Assembly: GCA_000002435.2 (NCBI GenBank)
Contig: CM018789.1
DNA length: 64,000 nt
From: Giardia intestinalis
Lineage: Eukaryota
Direction: 5' to 3' (one strand)
The notes beneath the pieces were generated by a model that was not told the origin of the DNA, searched no databases, and was given only the letters and a program-made list of their open reading frames with translations. Position numbers and translations under genes: made by a program. Each line of letters opens with the position of its first letter. Position 1 is the stretch's first letter. Shown piece after piece: positions 49,966-58,782 of the stretch.

Positions 49966-51076
49966 TGGGTCGGAAACGTGCAACCTGTGGGGCTCGAACC
50001 CACGCGGGATGACTCCCATTACGGCCTTAACGTAACGCCTTAACCACTCGGCCAAAGTTGCGCGCCAGCGGCAGTCCATGATAGACCCGTTTTCAAGGGT
50101 CTTTGGTATTGGTTCCACAAATCAATGTTAGACTGCATCGCCCGCCACAGAGGATGCGCGCGTAGGAGTCGCATACTTCACTTACAAGCAGCATAGGGCT
50201 GGCTAGCGTGCGACACACGGTTTGCTCGTCGAAGCGGACTGGACTCCTAGCTGAGCGCTGTGCTGGCGAAAGAAACACAGAGTTTCATGTCGTAAAACAA
50301 GGGTGGTTGTGAGGTAGTTACCTCTACCGAACGCTGGCCAGAGCCGTTGCTAGCGTTTTCACCAAAGGCCGCAATAACGCGCCGATCCGGCCGTTAGGCA
50401 GCGGGAGGAACCACGGTCCCCAGGGATATGCTAGCAGCACAAGAACCGTGCAAGAATTGAGCGTGGACATGCACGAGTTCTTTTACTGCGGAAGTGGACT
50501 GTATGCCGAGGCTTGTGCGATCATCAGCCTTTTGGTGCCAAGCCCTACTAAGTAGAAATGAGCTGCTGTATCAGGATAACAGGGTTCACTACAAGATAGG
50601 TAGGTGGCCAGACAGCGCAGCCCCTAAGCCCTTGCAAAGCTGGTTCTACAGGTCGATCTGGAGCTAAGGTTGCGCAACGACCGCAGTCTTGCGGGTCACG
50701 GCGAACTGGCACGTGAGCCCTCGAGATCCGCGAGCCATACGTCGTGTAGCTCCGCCAGCCCTCTTCTTCTAGAATAAGTAGGAGTTCCTGAGAAGCTTCG
50801 CTCCATGGGCAATAATAGAAGGCCTGCTTCCTAAGGATCGCGGTCCATATATCTCCGCATAGAAGACCTGAACAAGCCGAGTGGCGTCCTGTAGCGTCAA
50901 GGATAGCCTCAGCGTGGGACTTGGCCCAGGACTTTGCAGGCGCGTACTCTATGCAGCCACGTGCCGCTTTAGCGAGGTTCTGTCTTACTCGTCCGATTTC
51001 GGGCCTCCCCAGATGAAACCCCAGGAAGCAGTGGCGCATGCGCCGCGCCGGCGGGGCTCTGGTCACGGTGTGCTGT
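49780..51076. repeat. Arm A of a near-identical 1297-bp inverted duplication (partner at 53990..55286).
   Basis: The reverse complement of this arm matches arm B base-for-base wherever I compared. Three ORF translations are identical between arms. Boundaries were found by hand where the sequences diverge (outer GGACCAGGCCTTC| ; inner |CAGCACACCGTGACC). Confidence 0.8.
49979..50061 (-). tRNA. tRNA-Leu, anticodon AAG (class II, long variable arm).
   Basis: Folded by hand. Acceptor stem GCAACTT/AGGTTGC (7 bp, one G-U). D-loop GAGTGGTTAA. Anticodon stem TTACG/CGTAA with loop TTAAGGC. 15-nt variable arm forming a GGGA/TCCC hairpin. T-stem GTGGG/CCCAC with loop TTCGAGC. Discriminator A. Total 83 nt. 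Confidence 0.8.
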
Positions 51077-51943
51077 CAGTTTGACGCAGGTTGCACGGTC
51101 CACTTTCCGAAAAATGGAGCGTTATGAGCTGTTGTTTATTGCATAACTATAGCGTAAAATTGAACGGGTTATCTAGAGCCCGAGGTAGCTCTCTGGTCGC
51201 ATAACTAGAAAGCTTCATATCTGGACGGATCCAGCCCTTGAGAGCATTGTAGGACAGGGCCGATTTGAATGGATAAGAAGCTGTGAGGCAATTTCTCGTT
51301 TAGTGAAGTCACAATCAGACTGTTTAAAGAGCAATATTATACTACGCTTGACTGCAATTTTATGAGGGACTCAAGCTCTTAGATGTCCCTATCTTCACTT
51401 GCATGGCAATAGGCAGACCACTAGCCCATTTTTACATAGTTCTACTAATAAGGTCCCACATCATCATACGCACATGCGGTGGAGTATTCGTTCTAAGAGC
51501 CACGGTAACAGTTCACTGCTATTTTTATATACTAAGATTGTTACATTTACTTCCCGCTCAGCGAGACTATAGCATCGAAGCTTGGTATATCGAACCACTT
51601 TGCATTTTTCAACATAATAACAATATCTGATCAAAAGCACCACAATCAACAAGATACTGGCTTCATATATGAATAGCGCAGGGATGTAACACTGATGTGC
51701 ACTAACGGGCAAAACTAACATTGATAGTGAATTATTGCCTATTAAAACGAAAATCCATTAGATTTTTGTGCCTTTACCTCGTGGACTTTGATAGATGGTA
51801 TCACTGGACTGTCGTATCTTATAAATTCAGATGCCAGAATCCTAGTAAGTTAAAATACGTCCATTTACTAATAGTATTCTATCTCATAAAAATTACAATT
51901 CTTCTTATATGTGTGTTATCAAATGAGATATCAATTTCGCTAA

Positions 51944-53455
51944 ATGCTGATTTCTATAGTGCTCTCCATAGCATCAGCATGCAGCATGGAAACGCCTTTC
52001 ACTGAGGAGCCCAGTCATGGGATGGGTGTACGCTTCACTCAGCGTGGATTGGAAAAATTTTGCCAGAAAGGTTATGCCCTTATTCCTGATATCATCTCTG
52101 CAATGCCTTCACTTCAGGTCCCAGAAGTAACTGTTGGACCTCTCAAGTTTACTTTGTCAAATGTCAAACCTCGCGCAGCGCGCGTCTCGACTATGAAGGT
52201 TCATTTGCAGGACAACAACTTTGTCAAGATGGAGGCCCGGGACGGACTCATGCAGATCTCGATGCGGCTCAAGGCAGTCATCACCGGGATCACCGGGACC
52301 GTCGACTGCATCTTCACCCTCAAGGATTTCGGGGCAGACATCTCCCTGAGGCTCGGGGATGACTCCACCTGTCCCTACCACTTTGGGCTCTCCGAGATAT
52401 CAAATGTCGTGTACTCGTCTGGGTTTGACATCGATGCCATCGGACTTGACACGGGGGGATCTGTCCTTGCAACTGCCATCCAGGGCATGGCGCCCACGTT
52501 GGAGGATTTGATGAAGAACACTGTGCTGCAGTCCCTCCTGGACACAATCTTCAATTCAGTAAAACAGTCAATGCTTAACCTGCTCACAGTTGTCCAGATC
52601 GACGACTATCTGACTGACCAGCGCTACATCAACGGCATCAATGTCGTCGATAACAAGATAGTGGCAGACCAGGGTGGCTTTTCAATGATCATCACTGTCC
52701 CAGATTGGTCGGTTAGAGCTCTCTATCCAAACAAGATCACCTCTCCCCCTCCGAAGACGGTCTACACCGACCGAGACTATGAGTTCTATGTAGACAGGGA
52801 ATCAGTTAACTCCTACCTGTATGCCTGGCATGTGGCGTATGACAAGTTCAAGGCAGATAGTCTCACTGTCCCGTACAGCACCATCAGGGGGCAGAACATA
52901 CCCGGCCTTGCAGAGGCCCTTGTGAAGGCCGGACTACTAAGCACTGTTAACGACCTTGGACTCGGAGTCACTCTGACTCTATCGATCAGTCCCTCCAAGG
53001 ATGCCGCACCCCACATACCGTGGATCGGGGCGGCTGCGCTACCGGTCAACCTCACGGGGGCACTTTCTGTAACGGCCAGTAAGGCTTCCACCTCTGCTTC
53101 TAAACTGTTGGTTAGTGCAGAAGGCAATGTGCTCTTTGTTTCTGCGCTTAAGCTTAGAAAGTTCGTTTATGGGTTTGGTCTTGACCAAGTCTATGCACAT
53201 ATAGAGTTTCTTGATGTGTACGAAATTGCTATCATCAAGAATAACGTTGGATCTATACATGACTTCATCCCTCTGTTAAAATTTCTGCTTCTAAATAAGT
53301 ACCTCCCATTTGCCAATCCAATCCTCACTGAAACAGGGATATGGCGTATGAATGGGAACTTTATTAGTTATGATGCCATCAGTACCATTTATTTATGCAA
53401 CGAAGATAGAGTGCTTTTTGCTACTGATGTAGAAAAGAACCAATACTTCGCTTGA
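51944..53455 (+). CDS. Secreted BPI/LBP/CETP-family lipid-binding protein (BPI-like).
   Basis: N-terminal signal peptide [14 protein letters not shown]. The N-domain is collinear with the BPI N-terminal barrel as I recall it ([22 protein letters not shown] ~ [39 protein letters not shown] ~ FDLSIEGMSISADLKLG). Length about 500 aa, as in BPI. The gene sits in an AT-rich spacer between the inverted arms. Confidence 0.6.
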   Translation: [503 protein letters not shown]

Positions 53456-53989
53456 ACGTTCATTCTACGACTTATTAGTATGCACATGGGTTGATATCAT
53501 GTCACTCGAGTAACTTTACTTGGCGAACAATCTGCTACCTTTAGTCACAACATAGAATAGTAAATGTTAGTATCTCTCAATCCAGATGTAATTTGTAGCA
53601 ACAGTATTTAAAGATCAGTGATGCGTTATCCAACTTTGTAATTGAATGCAGAGCAACCCTGTTGTTCAAATAACAAGTGTAAAGTTAGTCTGAAAAACAG
53701 ATGCAAGTTCTTTTAATAAAGTATTTGCTTTCACTACTCATCGTTCAACTAGTGTCTTAACAACAGAAGCAGTTTTTTAGTTAGATATCTTTATTGAATA
53801 CTATTTAAATTCTAAAATCCTTTTAGCATCGATAAGATAAGGGCGAGACCGTGCTAAGATATGTAGTCTTTATTTTGTATAGTGAGTAATCCGCCGCAAT
53901 CAGCTATTTCTTCGTTGAGTGCAGCAGAATCTATCTGATAACAAAGCAAACAAACACCTTTATACAGTAAGACTACAGCGGCAGCGCAA

Positions 53990-55286
53990 ACAGCACACCG
54001 TGACCAGAGCCCCGCCGGCGCGGCGCATGCGCCACTGCTTCCTGGGGTTTCATCTGGGGAGGCCCGAAATCGGACGAGTAAGACAGAACCTCGCTAAAGC
54101 GGCACGTGGCTGCATAGAGTACGCGCCTGCAAAGTCCTGGGCCAAGTCCCACGCTGAGGCTATCCTTGACGCTACAGGACGCCACTCGGCTTGTTCAGGT
54201 CTTCTATGCGGAGATATATGGACCGCGATCCTTAGGAAGCAGGCCTTCTATTATTGCCCATGGAGCGAAGCTTCTCAGGAACTCCTACTTATTCTAGAAG
54301 AAGAGGGCTGGCGGAGCTACACGACGTATGGCTCGCGGATCTCGAGGGCTCACGTGCCAGTTCGCCGTGACCCGCAAGACTGCGGTCGTTGCGCAACCTT
54401 AGCTCCAGATCGACCTGTAGAACCAGCTTTGCAAGGGCTTAGGGGCTGCGCTGTCTGGCCACCTACCTATCTTGTAGTGAACCCTGTTATCCTGATACAG
54501 CAGCTCATTTCTACTTAGTAGGGCTTGGCACCAAAAGGCTGATGATCGCACAAGCCTCGGCATACAGTCCACTTCCGCAGTAAAAGAACTCGTGCATGTC
54601 CACGCTCAATTCTTGCACGGTTCTTGTGCTGCTAGCATATCCCTGGGGACCGTGGTTCCTCCCGCTGCCTAACGGCCGGATCGGCGCGTTATTGCGGCCT
54701 TTGGTGAAAACGCTAGCAACGGCTCTGGCCAGCGTTCGGTAGAGGTAACTACCTCACAACCACCCTTGTTTTACGACATGAAACTCTGTGTTTCTTTCGC
54801 CAGCACAGCGCTCAGCTAGGAGTCCAGTCCGCTTCGACGAGCAAACCGTGTGTCGCACGCTAGCCAGCCCTATGCTGCTTGTAAGTGAAGTATGCGACTC
54901 CTACGCGCGCATCCTCTGTGGCGGGCGATGCAGTCTAACATTGATTTGTGGAACCAATACCAAAGACCCTTGAAAACGGGTCTATCATGGACTGCCGCTG
55001 GCGCGCAACTTTGGCCGAGTGGTTAAGGCGTTACGTTAAGGCCGTAATGGGAGTCATCCCGCGTGGGTTCGAGCCCCACAGGTTGCACGTTTCCGACCCA
55101 ATGACCAAGCCGGTCGGCTGCGGGGGCCTCGACGACCCCGCCGCGTTTGTCCGCGGGCTCGCCGCCCCCGAGGACCTGACCCGCGGGCTGCGCCGTCTGG
55201 GCCGCGTCCTGGAGGGCGGGCCGCCCCCCGCTTGCGCGAGTGTCCGCGCGTGCCCCTCCCTCCTCGCCGCCCTGGACCAGGCCTTC
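53990..55286. repeat. Arm B of the inverted duplication (partner at 49780..51076).
   Basis: See arm A. The translated ORFs are identical (MFLSPAQRSARSP...; ...TRAPPARRMRHCF...; MEPIPKTLENGS...LDQAF) and diverge exactly at the arm ends. Confidence 0.8.
55005..55087 (+). tRNA. tRNA-Leu, anticodon AAG (second copy, in arm B).
   Basis: Same 83-nt sequence as 49979..50061 on the opposite strand: GCAACTTTGGCCGAGTGGTTAAGGCGTTACGTTAAGGCCGTAATGGGAGTCATCCCGCGTGGGTTCGAGCCCCACAGGTTGCA. Confidence 0.8.
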
Positions 55287-55519
55287 TACTGCTCTGCCTG
55301 CGTGGTGGGTGTCCCCAGGCAACTGTCCTCCCCGTCTCCGTCGCTGACACTGCCTGCCCCTCTCTGCGCTACGATCCGGCCTCCTCCCTCCTCTATGTCC
55401 TGGCCCCCACGACTGATGTAGGAGTCGTTCTGTGCTGCGTCTGCTTCCAGGAGCCCGCAACTCTGGACCCGGCGCTACGGGGGTTCGAGTGGTTCACTCA
55501 GACCGGCACGGAGTTTTAC

Positions 55520-56038
55520 ATGTCCCGGGTTGTTGTCTCGAGTCCCGAGGAGCATCTCTCGTACCGCTGCAAAGAGGGTCCTGAGCTTGCAGAGGCGCAG
55601 GTCGGGGCCGTCTGCATGTGTGGCACCTCGGCTGTCGTCGCCGTGTCGGCCGTTTCCGAGACCGGCGAGCGCTCCGATCTGCCGGTCCTCCTGGTCGTCT
55701 CCGGCCTGCTGTCGCATCTCTCGTTCTCCACGATAGAACTCGATGACTTCGGGGCCCAGAACCTACCCCCGGAGTCAGAGTCGTTCCGCATCTTCTCTCT
55801 GTCCCCATCCTCGGCTGCCCCGGGAAGCCTCTGTCTGGCCTTCTGCAAGGGAAGCCTCCTCCACTTCCACAGGATGCCCGTGGAGAGCGGCACAGACAGC
55901 CCCCGCTCTGTCGGCACATGCGAGCTGGCCCCTTCGACACACACGTTCTGCGCCCTGTACGAGACAGAAGGGGCCCTGCGGTGCGTCTTCACGGCCGTGG
56001 ATGGAGCGCGCCTGTTCCTCTGCATGGCGAGTACGTAG
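55520..56038 (+). CDS. Possible GC3-rich coding segment of unknown function. Start unresolved; may be a 5'-truncated gene remnant.
   Basis: In a 65% GC block this frame alone has protein-like composition and a strong G/C third-position bias (gtc tcc ggc ctg tcg ttc ...). The other five frames give R/P/G-rich noise. The frame is open from 55232 (TTG). The first ATG is at 55520 without an AT-rich promoter. Confidence 0.3.
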   Translation: MSRVVVSSPEEHLSYRCKEGPELAEAQVGAVCMCGTSAVVAVSAVSETGERSDLPVLLVVSGLLSHLSFSTIELDDFGAQNLPPESESFRIFSLSPSSAAPGSLCLAFCKGSLLHFHRMPVESGTDSPRSVGTCELAPSTHTFCALYETEGALRCVFTAVDGARLFLCMAST

Positions 56039-56434
56039 GTGAGTTCCGGCCGTCGCGCTGGGGTCGGGGGGAGGTCGCAGAAGGACCAGGAGGGGAGGCA
56101 GAGGAAGCACAAGGCACGGGTCAGCGATGCGTAGGGCTGTCCTTCCGCTGCCCAGTGCATACAAGGGTGCGCACAGCCACGACCGTCGCGCAGACGAGCC
56201 AATGGCAGGAGCGGGCCCGCACCTCTTCCTGCGCCGTGGAGTCTGAGGATCCGAGCTGGGGTCCCGGGGATGACACACAGGGGCACAGACACGCAGGCGC
56301 ACCTCTTCAGTGCCCCACAAACGGATGCTCTCGTGCAGAGGCCACGGGAGTCTATGAATGAGGCCCACGAGAGCCCAGAGATCGGGCACCCACTGCTCAC
56401 CCACGCCAGAGCACCGCCCACATGTCCATACAGC

Positions 56435-56441
56435 ATTTACT
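56435..56441 (-). promoter_or_regulatory. Giardia polyadenylation signal AGTAAAT (AGTRAAY) for the VSP gene.
   Basis: It lies about 14 nt downstream of the VSP TAA on the minus strand (...TAAgtggcatccacttaggtAGTAAATgctg), the canonical spacing for Giardia. Confidence 0.55.
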
Positions 56442-56458
56442 ACCTAAGTGGATGCCAC

Positions 56459-58357
56459 TTACGCCTTCCCGCGGCAGATGAACCACCAGCAAAGGAAGCC
56501 CACGAGGCCTCCGACGACGACGATGACAGCAACAGAGATGCCGGCTATGGCCCCAGTGGAGAGACCACTCTTGTTTGTACTACCACCGGCGTTGTTATCG
56601 TTACCACCATCGTTAGTGCCATCTGTCTTGACGTAGCAGGTGACAGGACCACTATTACCAGTTGGAGGGGCACAGCTTATACAATTTGGGACACCAACAA
56701 TATGGCTACCATCATTGGGATCATTGGTGTCGCACTTCACACATTTTGCTCCGGCAAGATAGTATCCCGGAAGGCACGTTTTGCATGCCTCCTTGTTTGC
56801 TACCTCACATGTTTTACAACCAGATGCACATGCTGGACAAGATCCAGTGCTAGCTTCTGGTTGTTGTCCATTAGCACAATTCGTACATTTTCCATTCTGA
56901 GCATTGCTACATAGGTTGCTGCCTGGGTATGCAGCCGACTGATAGCATCCGCCAGATTGCAAGAAGTATGTGGTTGTACACGCTTTGCATGTTCCATCAT
57001 TGTTATCATTTGGCGTGCATCCAGTTACTGCCCTTGTCGTTGTCGACACACAGACGCCGTCCACTGGGACGTATCCGGCCTTGCACTTGCTGCAGTACTT
57101 CGAGCCCCCAACGACGGCCGTGCACTGGCCAGCCTCGCAGTTCTCTGCGTACCTTCCCGTGCACTCTGGGATGCATGTGCCGGTGGCTCCAGTATTGCTT
57201 TTACTCAATACAAGCCCAGGATAACAAGCTGTACAGGAGGCTTCACTATCACCATCACATTCTGCACAAGAATTATGGCAATTAGTACATATCCCGCTGA
57301 CATCACGAGTTCCTGCAGGACAGCCCTCCATACACATGTTCTTTAAGGGGTTTAGGCTTTTACCTCCAGTACACTCTTCACACATATTCTCTTCATTACA
57401 CTTTATACAATCCTGTATATCACATAGTACACACTTCGTTCCGTCGGCGTTGGGTTGATTAGTACCTGCTATACAAGCAGAGCACGTGATGAGAATTGTA
57501 CCTTCAGGATTATCCTTCAGAGCACACGTTTTGCAGTCTGCTATCCCTTCTGAGCATTTCTTACACATTTTTCCATTAGTAGGATCGTCAGCATCATCAG
57601 TGAAGTGGGAGTTATCATTACATCCACTTTTATCAATACATGTATTAGAGTCCTCGGTTTCGCCCTTTTTTAGATATGGCTTGTTAGCGGTTGCCTTGCA
57701 CTTCGTGCATTTTCCTGCTCCACCATCGCATTTAGCACAGTTATCCCTATCAGTACACGCTGTACACGTACTTCCAGCATTACCAAGATTTGTACCGAAA
57801 AATCCCTCTAGACACGTTTTGCATATAGCAACATCTGAGCTAGGAGGATCACATGTCGCACAGCCCTCCAAGCCTTTCTTGCCTCCAACTCCAGTTGCAT
57901 CATTGCATGCAATACAAGAGTCCTTATTGTTAGCTGCACTTGGGTTTTTAAAATAGCCAACTACGCAACCCTCACAAACGCCAGGAGTTGTTGATGACAC
58001 ACGACTAGCAGCTGCGGCATCAGCGCAAATAAAGCGTCCAACGTCCCCGCCAATTGCATAGCATCCGTTCTTATGGAGGAAGTATCCTTGAGCGCATTGG
58101 GTGCACGTTCCGTCAGCTGCTCGGGCTTTGAGCTGGCATCCACTGGCGCCTGCCTCTGCCTTACACCCTCCATCAACGAGGTACTCGTCAGTCTTAGCGC
58201 ACTGCGAGCAATACTTCTTGCCGTTGATCCACACGTCGCATTTGCTTGTCAAGCACTTTCCTGCTTGGCCTTCCCCTGCCTCCGTGCACGTCTCTGCCTC
58301 CGGCGCTGCCCAAGCCAATTGCAAAACAAATCCCGCAACGATCAATCTACAGAACAT
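56459..58357 (-). CDS. VSP: Variant-specific surface protein (VSP).
   Basis: Signal peptide MFCRLIVAGFVLQLAWA. About 12% Cys with many CXXC motifs. GGCY motif (SGGCYQSAAYPG). C-terminal TM (AIAGISVAVIVVVGGLVGFLCWWFI) followed by the invariant CRGKA-stop. Confidence 0.92.
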   Translation of the reverse strand: MFCRLIVAGFVLQLAWAAPEAETCTEAGEGQAGKCLTSKCDVWINGKKYCSQCAKTDEYLVDGGCKAEAGASGCQLKARAADGTCTQCAQGYFLHKNGCYAIGGDVGRFICADAAAASRVSSTTPGVCEGCVVGYFKNPSAANNKDSCIACNDATGVGGKKGLEGCATCDPPSSDVAICKTCLEGFFGTNLGNAGSTCTACTDRDNCAKCDGGAGKCTKCKATANKPYLKKGETEDSNTCIDKSGCNDNSHFTDDADDPTNGKMCKKCSEGIADCKTCALKDNPEGTILITCSACIAGTNQPNADGTKCVLCDIQDCIKCNEENMCEECTGGKSLNPLKNMCMEGCPAGTRDVSGICTNCHNSCAECDGDSEASCTACYPGLVLSKSNTGATGTCIPECTGRYAENCEAGQCTAVVGGSKYCSKCKAGYVPVDGVCVSTTTRAVTGCTPNDNNDGTCKACTTTYFLQSGGCYQSAAYPGSNLCSNAQNGKCTNCANGQQPEASTGSCPACASGCKTCEVANKEACKTCLPGYYLAGAKCVKCDTNDPNDGSHIVGVPNCISCAPPTGNSGPVTCYVKTDGTNDGGNDNNAGGSTNKSGLSTGAIAGISVAVIVVVGGLVGFLCWWFICRGKA

Positions 58358-58782
58358 TAAGATTGCAGATATGTTACATGTAATCTATCAAAGATTGACA
58401 TGGGCTAACATACGATCGGATACTACGATTGTCTTGTTGGAAGTATACACTGGGCGCCTTCTCAACACAGTGTTCTCTGTAAATAGTCTATGCGCAAACT
58501 CTAGCCCCCACCAGATTCGTAACGCCAATCCTCAAACACTTCGTTTGCAACGAAGCAGCTAGTGCACATCTATCAACATGCAAAGCCATTCCTACTTTAA
58601 AAGGAACCTTTCTCTCACGTTAGGCCTGCTATGGCACGAGGCTTCCGACTGTCTCAATTTCCAGAGAGCCTAAGAATAGCGCCTTCCATACAGTAGCTCT
58701 CATTTTAGCGAAGGTATAACTATGATCCTGAAGGATCGTCTGAATACTCGTTGGAGCAAAAAATTTTAAATCTCGAGAGTCA

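Noticed and set aside
49650-49980. Possibility that the very GC-rich stretches (49650..49980, 55090..56450) are rDNA or a GC-rich repeat.
   Set aside because: I see no similarity to rRNA core motifs and no tandem periodicity. One frame reads as clean coding sequence continuous with the ataxin-10-like gene.
49966-50118. N-terminal 51 codons of track ORF 48607..50118, and the matching 54948..55421 ORF (MEPIPKTLENGSIMDCRWRATLAEW...).
   Set aside because: The start codon is GTG, and the stretch runs through a same-strand tRNA-Leu gene. The translation WLRRYVKAV is just the tRNA read as protein.
55494-56436. Three overlapping minus-strand ORFs (148, 306 and 209 aa) in the GC-rich block.
   Set aside because: Arg/Pro/Gly/Ala-dominated translations are typical of non-coding frames in 65% GC DNA. 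The plus-strand frame alone shows GC3 skew and protein-like composition.
56929-57346. Plus-strand ORFs of 84-156 aa inside the VSP gene (56929..57346, 57486..57956, 58073..58562).
   Set aside because: They are antisense to the VSP CDS. The Cys-codon-rich coding strand gives His/Ala/Leu-rich junk on the opposite strand.
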